Positions 20,249 through 30,378 of a DNA stretch of 64,000 nucleotides are shown here, piece by piece. Source of the stretch: a virus. Each line of letters begins with the position of its first letter. The stretch's first letter is position 1. Under the pieces are notes generated by a model that saw nothing but the letters and a program-made list of their open reading frames with translations, was not told the origin of the DNA and searched no databases. The stretch covers positions 1 to 64,000 of IMG/VR virus record IMGVR_UViG_3300042391_001456. One strand, given 5' to 3'. Both the position numbers and the translations under genes were made by a program.

Positions 20249-23200
20249 ATGGCAATTCAAATTGGAAAATACAAAAGACCAGGTATATTTATCGAGGAAT
20301 TTGATAAATCCATTATTGCAACACCTCAATCTGTTGATCAGTTAACTAACTTGGTTTTGGGTGTTTCAAAAAAGGGACCTGTGAATACACCAGTTAAAGT
20401 TAGCACTCTGAATGAGTTCGAGGCTATTTTTGGTGAAATTGACAGAAATTTAGAGAGAAGGGGATCTTTCTTTCATAGAACTGTCGAAAAAATGTTAGAG
20501 AGTTCACCAGTGTACGCTATGAATTTGTTATTAACAAATGATAACTTAGACACAGCTGAATATCAAACATTATCAACATCATCGGATATTTTAAATGATT
20601 CTAAAAGATTAGGTGCTTATAGAAGATTCCATGATACAACTGGATTCTGGAAAAAAGATACAGAATCTTTTATTAATTTAACTCGATCTAATCCTGGGTA
20701 TGGACAAAGAGCTCTTAATATTACAAACTTATCTGATAAACCAGTTTCGGTTTTTATCTATAAAACAAGAGTTAATAATTTTGACGTTACTGCGGAATCA
20801 TGGTTTGGTTCAAAAAAACCAAATTATATCAATTCTAATGATTTTATTTCAGATTACATGGTTGATGTTGTAGTTGTTGATGGTGATTGGTCAAATTATA
20901 AGACATTGGCTCAAGATAAAGTTTGGAGTAATTATTTTTTCTATGACACTAAACTTGGTTCAGGTCTTAGAAAAAATTTAGTTTTGGATTTTATTCAAAA
21001 TAGAAATGTTAAAGTATTGGGGTACTATGAAGGTCTTTCTTTGATTCCATATTTTAGAGATGGTAATAACAAAAATTTATTTATTGAAACAAATCTTAAT
21101 AAAGATACTGATAAAACTGGTATTTTTTGTTCATATAATATTGATATTGTTGAAACAGATGGTATTAATAATGTTATTGATTTAGTTGGACATACAATTG
21201 CTGCTAAAAATGAGACATATATAGATTTCTTATCATATCAGGCGAATATTTCAGAAGAAATTAAATTTGAAGTTAAACCATTGGATTTACCTGGTAACGT
21301 TACTGCTAATTTAGGTGGTATGACTTGTTCTGGTGTTATAAATGGTACTTCAGCATTAGGTAATAATTATGTAAATGTTCTTACTACTAGATCGACTTAT
21401 ACATCAAATAATTATAATGATTATTCTATTCTTGCTGTCAATACTAATGTTGATCATTTTTATCCAACTGTTAACGGAGCTCCTACTTATTCCGGTGTTC
21501 AAAAAAACTATAAAAATAGAACTTCATTGTTTGCGGATGGAACTACTTGGGGTATTAGATATATTAGTTATAATTTTGATAATAATGCAAATACTAATTT
21601 TGTTTATACATCAGCTACAAACTTTACTATAAAATATAATGTTCATGATTTAGCCTATGCTATTATAGATGGTGAGTATAAACCTGTTGTTTCCGATGCT
21701 AAGTCTGTAAATAATTACAAAGAAATTACCTTTACGGTTACTGCTGCTGATTATCCTCAATCAACCGCAACTCAATCATATGTTGCAACTGTTTATTATG
21801 ATTATGAAACATCCGGAATTAAATTATCAAGTAGTTTAACTAGTGGTAATGTTATTGGTATTACGTCAAAAGATATAGTTTTGAACACATTTAAATTTAA
21901 ATTAAAAGGAGACTCTAATGGTGTTAATAAATTTGTCCCATTTAATTCTTGGAATATATATAAAGATGTTAATGGTAATCGAGTTGATCGTAAATTCTCA
22001 CCAGTATATACAAGTGATGTTTATGGTTGGAATGCTTGGCCTGTTGTTAACCCAGCGACTAATGTTTTCAATACAACTTTTCAAGGACATTGGATGAATA
22101 GTGGATCTTCTTCAGATTCAATTCTTAATACCGAGGGAGTACATGTTGATGTTTCATTTTTAAATCCTAATTCGGATTATAGTAATCCATTGATACATGA
22201 TAATAGTTCATATATTCAAACTTTTTATAAAAATAAACCAACTAAAGCTTATTTATTTGATGATACAGCTGCTGTTATTGGAGCTTCTGGTAATCAAAAA
22301 TTTACAGGGGGTAGTTTTTCTACAGCAAATACTATAGAAAGATCTGGATTTGTATATGATAATAGAATATTAAGTTATTCTAATGTTGATAAATGGAATT
22401 ATGGAAGTTTTAGTCCAGTTTTTGCGACAAGTTCACCAAATTCAATTGGTAGTTGTACTTTTACATTTGATGATCAAACTGAACAGTTTTGTGCTGAATT
22501 GAGTACTGGGACTAAATGGGCATCTGGTGTTTCTCAGTTATCGAGTGGTGATTTAGTATCTGTTTGGTATTTAGATCCAAGTTTACTTTCCACAAAACGC
22601 GCTCTATCTGATTCGAATGCTGTACCAACAACTTTAGATACTTTTAACTCAACTGGTCGACCAACTTTATTTATAGTTGATAGAGTTGATTTGTCTTCTA
22701 ATAGAGTATATTTTTTAAATAATCAATGGGCTAATTCAAATGGTCCTTATCCAATACTTAATGCTATTATTAAAGGAACCGCTCTTAAATATCAAATGAC
22801 TCCTGCGAAAGATATTAATGGAAACTCAGTCGCTGTCAATGCTAATGTTACAAATAAATCTGGATTTACTGGTTTGGTAAATGGTCCTGCTGACGTTGTT
22901 AAAACTAATATTGCGGTAAGAGCTACTTTTGGTGGTGCTTCAAGAACATATGGTGTTGCTACTATAACAATAAAAGCAAATGCAACTGCTGCGACTATTT
23001 CGACAGGTGTTGAGGTTAATTTTACTTCTATTTGGGTAGCTGGTTTAACAGTAAATGAACTTATTACAACTGGTATAACATTCACTGTTGATGCAACTGG
23101 TACTTATGGTTTGAATCTAGTTACTGGTCAAGGTGGTATAACAACAGCACCTACCACTCCACTTACGTTTAAATTTAATCAAACGGCTTTAAATTCAATG

Positions 23201-25771
23201 CAAAAAGATCTTTCAATATCTACTGAGAAATTCACTTTAGAGAAGGTTAATCATGATTTATTTGATTATAGAGTTTCTTATGAAGGTGATGGTAAAATCA
23301 AATATACTTTCTTAAATACTGATAATAATGGTACTGATCCAAATAATTATAGACATTTCAGAAGACATAAAATGTTTAACAAATTAGTCGCATTATTAGA
23401 TAGTGCTGATAAAGATAAAAGAGCTTTAATACTAAATAGTGATTCTGGTAATAGAAAAGTGAGTATGGAAGGTATGTTCCTTTCTAATATAGTAAGAACA
23501 TCAACTCAAAATAAATCATTTATTTTAAATACTAATTTACCAAACTCAGAAATTGTTAAAAACGATTGGATAAAAGTTTTACAAGGTTTTTTAACTATTT
23601 ATTCTGTTGATGATGAGGTTATTTTGGGTACAAATGGTATGGATACTAGAATGATTGGTTTAACAAATAGCGTTACATCATCTGATATAACAATTGGTGA
23701 TGGTATTGGTGTAGTTTCTAAATATTCTGATTTATATCAACAATATTACAATGGATATATTAACAATGGTGATTACTTCCAAAATAATAGAATTCCATCC
23801 GATGTTTGGATGTCAACAGATGGATATTCAGTTACTTTCTTTGATGGTGAAGAAGATAAAGCAATTACTGGATTAAATACTGGTAAAACAACATTATTCG
23901 CTGGGTATAATTATATTATGTTTACTGCATCATTTGCTAATAATTCTGTTGTTAATGGTGTTACTTTGAAAAATGATCCTAAAATTCCAATCGGTGATAT
24001 GATCACTATTAAACAATCTATTCTTAATAGAAAAAGAATTACAATTCTTAGTGAAAATATGGCATCATCTTCAGCTGGTTCAATTACACAATTTACAGAT
24101 GCTAATGGACTAGTTTTAGATAGTGGTTTACTTAATAATGCTTCAAAATTATACATCTACAAAATCGCTGAAGAAGTCGTTTATGAAAAAGTTACAAGAG
24201 TAAAAGATTTATTAGATCATTCATTATCATCTGGTTTTAATTATTTAAATATGTTTATTGATAATAAAACCGAAGCTAATGGAAATGTTGTTAATAATTC
24301 ATTGTCTATTAGATTTAAAAATAGTTATAGCTCATTAATTCCGATGCCTCCATTAGGAAGTGTTTATGGGGCTAGTGATTTAGTTCCATTGAATAAATTT
24401 TATGTTATATCTCAAAGTTCAAATTATAAACAAACTTTAGAAATTGAATTATTACCAACTGGTGTTAAAGATAATCAATTGGTTGATGAAGATGGGACAT
24501 GGATAAGAGATAATCAAGTTTTAGTTAAAGGTGATAGATATTCTGAACTTAGAATTGGTGATTTCTTATTAGGTACTAACAATAGACTTGTTAGAATTAT
24601 TGATAAGAAAGTTTATAAAAACGATTCAAGTTTGGTTATAGTTACTTGTAATGGAGCAATTAAAAGAAATTTATTTGGATTGGATTGGCAAACATACTTG
24701 TATAGATCAGTTGATAACTACACATACGCTTATAAAGCATTAACATTTAAAGGATTTAAAACTAGAGTAGCTTCTTTACCAGATGGTACAGAAACAACTC
24801 AGAATAATATTTTAGATATTGTTGCTAAAGGAACTCCTTTATTCAGAGCTTTAACTAATAAAGAGGCTATTGATTATAGATATTTAGTTGATTCTTTTGG
24901 ATTGGGACTTAGTGAAAGATCAAAACAACAATTGGCTGATATTTGTGGAAGTAGAAGAGATATATTTGGTTTCTTAAATATGCCATCTGTTAAATCGTTC
25001 AAACAATCATCTTCGCCTACATTCGTAGATTCTAATGGTGATTTAAGTGTTGAGTTTATGGCAAAAGGTTCAAATCCTGATAAAGCAGCATCGTTTACGT
25101 ATACATTCGCTGATGGTGAAGGATCTACTTGTGTTGGTTACTTTACTCCTTATATTCAAGTTGATGATAATGGTAGACAGCTTTCTATGCCACCTGCATC
25201 ACACGTTGCGACAACATATATGAGGAAACATACTTCTAATTTGGGTGGTATTACTCCTTGGACAATCGCAGCTGGTGTTACTAATGGTAGAATTACTAAC
25301 ATTATTGGACTTGAACATAACTATAGTAATGAGGATATCGAATGGTTGAATCAATCACAAATGAACCCTATCGTGTTCAAAAGAAATAGAGGAAATGTAA
25401 TTGAGACTGAGAATACAGCTCAAACTCTTTACAAATCAGCTCTTTCTTATATCCACGTTAGAGAGGTGTTAATCGAATTGGAAAGAGAATTATCTAGAAT
25501 GTTATTAGATTTCCAATGGCAATATAACACAGCTGAAATCAGAGCTGAAATTAAACTTAGAGCTGATGTAATTTGTGAAACATATGTAAATAGAAATGGT
25601 TTATATAACTATTTTAATAAAATGGATGATGAGAATAACACATCTGAGATAATTGATAATCAAATTGGTGTTTTAGACACTTATGTTGAACCAATTAAGG
25701 GTATGGGTATCATTGTTAACAATGTTACGATACTTAGAACTGGAGCAATTGACGCTGGTGGATTCTTATAG
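20249..25771 (+). CDS. Contractile tail sheath protein (T4 gp18-like) with very large insertions, 1840 aa
   Basis: N-terminal RPGIFIEEFDKS...SKKGPVNTP; C-terminal PPAS, PW..AAG..G, NPI, SALSYIHVRE, D.ENNT...IDN. Confidence 0.92.
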   Translation: MAIQIGKYKRPGIFIEEFDKSIIATPQSVDQLTNLVLGVSKKGPVNTPVKVSTLNEFEAIFGEIDRNLERRGSFFHRTVEKMLESSPVYAMNLLLTNDNLDTAEYQTLSTSSDILNDSKRLGAYRRFHDTTGFWKKDTESFINLTRSNPGYGQRALNITNLSDKPVSVFIYKTRVNNFDVTAESWFGSKKPNYINSNDFISDYMVDVVVVDGDWSNYKTLAQDKVWSNYFFYDTKLGSGLRKNLVLDFIQNRNVKVLGYYEGLSLIPYFRDGNNKNLFIETNLNKDTDKTGIFCSYNIDIVETDGINNVIDLVGHTIAAKNETYIDFLSYQANISEEIKFEVKPLDLPGNVTANLGGMTCSGVINGTSALGNNYVNVLTTRSTYTSNNYNDYSILAVNTNVDHFYPTVNGAPTYSGVQKNYKNRTSLFADGTTWGIRYISYNFDNNANTNFVYTSATNFTIKYNVHDLAYAIIDGEYKPVVSDAKSVNNYKEITFTVTAADYPQSTATQSYVATVYYDYETSGIKLSSSLTSGNVIGITSKDIVLNTFKFKLKGDSNGVNKFVPFNSWNIYKDVNGNRVDRKFSPVYTSDVYGWNAWPVVNPATNVFNTTFQGHWMNSGSSSDSILNTEGVHVDVSFLNPNSDYSNPLIHDNSSYIQTFYKNKPTKAYLFDDTAAVIGASGNQKFTGGSFSTANTIERSGFVYDNRILSYSNVDKWNYGSFSPVFATSSPNSIGSCTFTFDDQTEQFCAELSTGTKWASGVSQLSSGDLVSVWYLDPSLLSTKRALSDSNAVPTTLDTFNSTGRPTLFIVDRVDLSSNRVYFLNNQWANSNGPYPILNAIIKGTALKYQMTPAKDINGNSVAVNANVTNKSGFTGLVNGPADVVKTNIAVRATFGGASRTYGVATITIKANATAATISTGVEVNFTSIWVAGLTVNELITTGITFTVDATGTYGLNLVTGQGGITTAPTTPLTFKFNQTALNSMQKDLSISTEKFTLEKVNHDLFDYRVSYEGDGKIKYTFLNTDNNGTDPNNYRHFRRHKMFNKLVALLDSADKDKRALILNSDSGNRKVSMEGMFLSNIVRTSTQNKSFILNTNLPNSEIVKNDWIKVLQGFLTIYSVDDEVILGTNGMDTRMIGLTNSVTSSDITIGDGIGVVSKYSDLYQQYYNGYINNGDYFQNNRIPSDVWMSTDGYSVTFFDGEEDKAITGLNTGKTTLFAGYNYIMFTASFANNSVVNGVTLKNDPKIPIGDMITIKQSILNRKRITILSENMASSSAGSITQFTDANGLVLDSGLLNNASKLYIYKIAEEVVYEKVTRVKDLLDHSLSSGFNYLNMFIDNKTEANGNVVNNSLSIRFKNSYSSLIPMPPLGSVYGASDLVPLNKFYVISQSSNYKQTLEIELLPTGVKDNQLVDEDGTWIRDNQVLVKGDRYSELRIGDFLLGTNNRLVRIIDKKVYKNDSSLVIVTCNGAIKRNLFGLDWQTYLYRSVDNYTYAYKALTFKGFKTRVASLPDGTETTQNNILDIVAKGTPLFRALTNKEAIDYRYLVDSFGLGLSERSKQQLADICGSRRDIFGFLNMPSVKSFKQSSSPTFVDSNGDLSVEFMAKGSNPDKAASFTYTFADGEGSTCVGYFTPYIQVDDNGRQLSMPPASHVATTYMRKHTSNLGGITPWTIAAGVTNGRITNIIGLEHNYSNEDIEWLNQSQMNPIVFKRNRGNVIETENTAQTLYKSALSYIHVREVLIELERELSRMLLDFQWQYNTAEIRAEIKLRADVICETYVNRNGLYNYFNKMDDENNTSEIIDNQIGVLDTYVEPIKGMGIIVNNVTILRTGAIDAGGFL

Positions 25772-25786
25772 TCTAATAAATAAATT

Positions 25787-25821
25787 AAAAAAAGTCTCAA
25801 AGAAATTTGAGACTTTTTTTT
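25787..25821 (+). terminator. Intrinsic terminator after the sheath gene
   Basis: AAAAAAGTCTCAAA-GAAA-TTTGAGACTTTTTTTT. Confidence 0.85.
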
Positions 25822-25871
25822 ATGAACAAAGTTAGGTGTATTTAATATATATGTAAAACTTATATGGTCAA

Positions 25872-27557
25872 ATGAATTTAGATATATTTAAAATAAATGA
25901 TCCATCCGGCAAGATGTGTAAAGAATCTTATGTCTCTAAGAATTTTACAGAGGAGTATGAATTTATTATTCAAAAAATAAACATTGATATCCCCTTTAAG
26001 GAGAAGGTTTATTTGGTGTTGAATAATATAGAAAAGCCTATTTGTAAAAATCCAAATTGTAAAAATCCGGTTAAGTTTAAAAATTCAACAATTGGATATT
26101 TGGACTATTGTAGTAATAAGTGTATAGGATCAGATCCTAATATAATAGAACTTAAAAAAATAAAATCTATTGAGAAGTTTGGAACAAAAACACCAGCTGA
26201 ATCAGATTTAGTAAAAGAGAAAATAAAAAAGACAAATAATGATAAATATGGTGGTAATTCGCCAATGTCATCTGATAATATTAAAAGTAAGTCAAAACAG
26301 ACTTTAATGAATAATTGGGGAGTTGAAAATCCCTCAAAATCTCAAGATATACAAAAAAAAAGAATAGAATCATTTAAACAAAGTAATTATAAAGAAAACT
26401 ATAAAAATACTTCTTTGAATAGATATGGTGTTGATCATCCATGGATGAATAATGATATACATAAAAAGACAATCGATTTATTTTACAAAAACTATAAACA
26501 AAGAATAGTTGATAATATTGATTTAAATAAATTCAAATTTATTGATTTTGAGATGGGTGATAAGACTAATTTAAAATTTTATTGTCATTCTTGTGAAAAT
26601 AAATTTAATATTTTAACATATCAGTTTTATTGGAGAATAAAGAATAATAATAGTATATGCACAGAATGTTATCCTATATCAGAAAGTTCATCAATTGATC
26701 AAATAGAAGTTTTTAACTTTATAAGAGAAAATTATCATGGTGAAATAATATCAAATGTTAAGGGAATAATAGATCCGTATGAGATTGATATTTATTTACC
26801 TGATTTGAAACTCGGTTTTGAGTTTAATGGGGTTTTTTGGCATTCAAATAAGTTTAAAAATAAAGATTATCATCTGAATAAATATAAAAAATCAATAGAT
26901 AATGAAATAAAATTGTGTACAATATGGGAAGATGATTGGACATTAAAAAGAGAGATTTGTGAATCATTTATTTTAAATAAAATATCTAAATCTGGTAGAT
27001 TGATGGCAAGAAAAACTAATATAAAGGAAATTGATTATAATACTTCAAGAGAATTTTTAGATAAAAACCATTTGCAAGGTGATTGTAAATCATCTAAAAG
27101 AATTGGTCTTTATTATGGTGACGAATTGGTTACTCTAATGACATTTTCGAAATTAAGACTTCCGTTTAATAGTAAGAATGTTGATGGTAAAGATAATTGG
27201 GAACTTACTAGATTTTGTAATAAATTGAATACAAGTGTAGTTGGTGGCGCATCTAAATTATTAAAATATTTTATAAAAAATTACAAACCTGTTGAAATAC
27301 AAACTTATTCAGATAATTTAATATCCGATGGTGATTTGTATGAGAAATTAGGATTTGAATATAAATGGACATCAAATCCTGGTTATTGGTATGTTGTTAA
27401 TAGTATTAGAAGTCATAGATTTAATTGGAGAAAATCAAAATTAGTAAAAGATGGGTATGATAGTAATAAAACTGGTGAGGAGATAATGGCTGAGTTGGGG
27501 TATTGGAGAATATATAATGCTGGTAATAAGAAATGGATTTTGGTTATTAATAAATAG
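25872..27557 (+). CDS. Homing-endonuclease-like protein: Zn fingers, (Y/W)GV repeats, Vsr/PD-(D/E)XK domain, C-terminal GNAT/Mom-like domain
   Basis: YEIDIYLPDLKLGFEFNGVFWHS; NHLQG...WELTRFC...GGASKLL...TYSD...LYEKLGF. Confidence 0.75.
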   Translation: MNLDIFKINDPSGKMCKESYVSKNFTEEYEFIIQKINIDIPFKEKVYLVLNNIEKPICKNPNCKNPVKFKNSTIGYLDYCSNKCIGSDPNIIELKKIKSIEKFGTKTPAESDLVKEKIKKTNNDKYGGNSPMSSDNIKSKSKQTLMNNWGVENPSKSQDIQKKRIESFKQSNYKENYKNTSLNRYGVDHPWMNNDIHKKTIDLFYKNYKQRIVDNIDLNKFKFIDFEMGDKTNLKFYCHSCENKFNILTYQFYWRIKNNNSICTECYPISESSSIDQIEVFNFIRENYHGEIISNVKGIIDPYEIDIYLPDLKLGFEFNGVFWHSNKFKNKDYHLNKYKKSIDNEIKLCTIWEDDWTLKREICESFILNKISKSGRLMARKTNIKEIDYNTSREFLDKNHLQGDCKSSKRIGLYYGDELVTLMTFSKLRLPFNSKNVDGKDNWELTRFCNKLNTSVVGGASKLLKYFIKNYKPVEIQTYSDNLISDGDLYEKLGFEYKWTSNPGYWYVVNSIRSHRFNWRKSKLVKDGYDSNKTGEEIMAELGYWRIYNAGNKKWILVINK

Positions 27558-27648
27558 ATTTATTAAATAAATATTTTTAAAATATTAAAAATAGAGGACT
27601 TTTTAAGTTTTAATATTTTAATAAAAAAAAATGATAATATATAGATTT

Positions 27649-27948
27649 ATGAGGTATTTAGAGTTAAAACACAATGGTAAAATATACACACATGTTGAAG
27701 AGATTGAAGATATTTTAGAAGATTTAGGGTTCAACTGGTTGGTTGATTCAGAGATTAGAAATTCTAAAATAGAAATAAAGAAGGGTACTTTAATTTGGTA
27801 TGATGGTATTTTTATATCAGGTGATTGGAATTATGGTATTTTTAAGGGTGGTGAATTTTATGGTAATTGGGAATCAGGTATTTTTGAAAGGGGTTTAATG
27901 AATGGAGAATGGAATGGGGGTATTAATTTATCTACTCATCTATCATAA
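27649..27948 (+). CDS. Gly/Trp-repeat small protein ((W/F)xxG repeats)
   Basis: WYDGIFISGDWNYGIFKGGEFYGNWESG; start placed at the ATG 5 nt after a late promoter. Confidence 0.7.
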   Translation: MRYLELKHNGKIYTHVEEIEDILEDLGFNWLVDSEIRNSKIEIKKGTLIWYDGIFISGDWNYGIFKGGEFYGNWESGIFERGLMNGEWNGGINLSTHLS

Positions 27949-27964
27949 AAAATAAAAAATCACT

Positions 27965-28414
27965 ATGAAACGCAGAAAAATCGATGTTAAATCATTATCT
28001 AGAGAAATTTATAATAGTGGAAAAATCAGAATTTTACATGAAGAATCCGACTATTATTTTGAAATTGGAAAAGAAATAACCACTGATTTGGCGGAAGCGA
28101 CGGCAATTTTGATGAGAGTTGTGGAGGCAAACGATAAAATTTGGAATTTAAAAATTGATATTATTGATTATGAAAAAATAGAACCATCTAAATGTTTGTT
28201 TTGGTTAACCGGAGGTCATTCGGAATGGAATAATTTAGAAAATTATAACAAGCCATGGAACTCTTATTATTTAAATTTTCAGGAGGAGTTTGGATTTTTA
28301 ATAATTACAATATTAAAGAAATCTAAAACATTGGGAGATTTGAGATATTATTTTAATAGGCATTTAAATTTACCAATATTATATGAATTTGCATTGAGTA
28401 AGAACATGATATAA
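27965..28414 (+). CDS. Hypothetical protein
   Basis: ORF followed by a terminator at about 28415-28443. Confidence 0.7.
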   Translation: MKRRKIDVKSLSREIYNSGKIRILHEESDYYFEIGKEITTDLAEATAILMRVVEANDKIWNLKIDIIDYEKIEPSKCLFWLTGGHSEWNNLENYNKPWNSYYLNFQEEFGFLIITILKKSKTLGDLRYYFNRHLNLPILYEFALSKNMI

Positions 28415-28460
28415 TAAAAAACTCACCAAATGGTGAGTTTTTTATTTTAATATATAAAAC

Positions 28461-28670
28461 ATGGAAAGTAAAGTATGTAGTAATCCATGGTGTAAGGGGA
28501 TATTTAACTATTCGATTGATGATAATGTTGATATTCCCGAAATTTGTCCAAAATGTCAATCATTTGATACTGAGTTAAGTGGTGGTGTTACTTGGAAAGA
28601 AAAACAATATGAAGGATCAAGATGGGAAGGACCTCATCAAATATCTTATAAAATAAAAAAATATTTCTAA
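28461..28670 (+). CDS. Small zinc-finger protein
   Basis: CSNPWC...CPKC; late promoter immediately upstream. Confidence 0.75.
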   Translation: MESKVCSNPWCKGIFNYSIDDNVDIPEICPKCQSFDTELSGGVTWKEKQYEGSRWEGPHQISYKIKKYF

Positions 28671-29515
28671 TGATAGCTCATTTTTTTGACTTGGATACAA
28701 TTTTAAGAGTTGATAATAAAGTTTGGATTATAGACGTTAAAAGTCCTAAGATACCAATTTATAAATTAGATCAATCTGATTATAACCTTATAAAAAAGGG
28801 TGTTTGGAAAGATCGTGGTGAACGATTTAATTTTAATGGTGATAATTATTGGTTGCCTGAAAATATTGCAAATGATTTAAAAATAAAATGTAAAAATCTT
28901 AAAATTGATACTTTCAATTTAACATTTTCTATGCAAGAGTTTTTTAATTCTGAAATTATTGGAGATGTTGATTATGATATAAATATAGATTTATTACTAC
29001 CTATAAAAAATACAACAGATCATATTTATTTGATATGTTCTAAAAATAATAAAAAGAATTATGAATTAATTTTAAAAAAATTAAAAGATAAATTCTTGGA
29101 AATGGGTTTAGATATAAAAGATATTTATTATTTATCTGAAACATTTTTTAATAGAAAGAATGATAGGATAGTATTTAATAAAGTAAAACTTTTATTACAA
29201 TTTTTAATTGGGTTAAAAAGTGATTCTGATAAGTTTATTGATAGTGAAATAACTAAATATGATATTGTTAATTATTATGATGATGATTTAGAAAATATTA
29301 ATATAAATCCGAATGACTTTCTAAAGTATTTATATGATAATAGTGATATTGTTTTAAAGGATAAAATTAGTAATGTCGTTAAATCGTATGATAATATTCT
29401 AAATATTAATTATGTTAGTCCTAATAAGATGAAAAGAATACAGACTAAAAAGAATATTTTATCTTTAAGTAAGATAATAAAAACATTTGAAAGTTTTAAA
29501 AAAAATAACCACTAA
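28670..29515 (+). CDS. HAD-like protein with C-terminal KIIKTFESF tag
   Basis: FFDLD motif I and YYDDD motif IV-like. Confidence 0.55.
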   Translation: MIAHFFDLDTILRVDNKVWIIDVKSPKIPIYKLDQSDYNLIKKGVWKDRGERFNFNGDNYWLPENIANDLKIKCKNLKIDTFNLTFSMQEFFNSEIIGDVDYDINIDLLLPIKNTTDHIYLICSKNNKKNYELILKKLKDKFLEMGLDIKDIYYLSETFFNRKNDRIVFNKVKLLLQFLIGLKSDSDKFIDSEITKYDIVNYYDDDLENININPNDFLKYLYDNSDIVLKDKISNVVKSYDNILNINYVSPNKMKRIQTKKNILSLSKIIKTFESFKKNNH

Positions 29516-29522
29516 TAAGTGG

Positions 29523-30155
29523 TTATTTTTTTTTATCTTCTTTATTTAACATTGCTTGTTTTATCAAATCATTCAATTTTTTATTGTCTGTTATAGTTCC
29601 ATCATCCTCTTTATCCTCTTTCATTTCAACATTATCTGATTTAGAAATTTCATTATTTTCAATATCATCATATCCTAAATCTTTTCTTAGTGTTTTATAA
29701 AATTTCTCCAATTCTGTTCTTTGACCACTTAAAAATTTAGCATTTTCTCTAATTTGTCCAATTGTTTGGTTTACAACTTCATGCATCCTAGCTGAATTAT
29801 CACCATTATCAACTTGTCTTAGTTGATTTAAAAAGTTTTTTCTAGTCATTTTGGCAAGAAATAATCCTTCGGCATAAACCATCGCGTCTTCTTTCATTTT
29901 ATTTGATATATAAGAATGATCTTTTAATTTAGGAACATCACCTAAATAGAGATCTACTAAAGATTCTAATACATCAGTTGATTGTTCATTTACACTATCT
30001 AAGTCTGATTCATAATCATATATTGCTATTTCCCCTAAGTCTGGTAAGTCTTCTGGTTTTGCTAAATGCATAGATAAATCAAAATTCATTGATTCTGATT
30101 GTATCTGTTCAAATTCATCTTTTATTCTATTTTTTTCTTTATCCGATTTCGACAT
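29523..30155 (-). CDS. Probable terminase small subunit (T4 gp16-like)
   Basis: SARMHEVVNQTI resembles gp16 PR..EV; helical; next to the large terminase gene. Confidence 0.6.
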   Translation of the reverse strand: MSKSDKEKNRIKDEFEQIQSESMNFDLSMHLAKPEDLPDLGEIAIYDYESDLDSVNEQSTDVLESLVDLYLGDVPKLKDHSYISNKMKEDAMVYAEGLFLAKMTRKNFLNQLRQVDNGDNSARMHEVVNQTIGQIRENAKFLSGQRTELEKFYKTLRKDLGYDDIENNEISKSDNVEMKEDKEDDGTITDNKKLNDLIKQAMLNKEDKKK

Positions 30156-30315
30156 CTTTTATTTCTATTTTTTCTTTATTTAAAAAATCTTTAATAATTT
30201 TATCTATTAATTTTGATTTATTTATATAATTATCATTGCAGTATAATTCAAACTCGTTATAAGTCTCTATATCCACTGAAAATCCAACTTTAACTTTTTT
30301 TATTCCTCTTTTCAT
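30139..30315 (-). CDS. Ribbon-helix-helix DNA-binding protein
   Basis: KVKVGFSVDIETYNEFELYC...INKSKLIDKIIKDFL; start placed at ATG 30315 just after a late promoter. Confidence 0.7.
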   Translation of the reverse strand: MKRGIKKVKVGFSVDIETYNEFELYCNDNYINKSKLIDKIIKDFLNKEKIEIKDVEIG

Positions 30316-30378
30316 AGTGTATATATTATTTCTAAAAATTGTACTTTTTCTACTTTTTGATTTAAATATATACATTAT

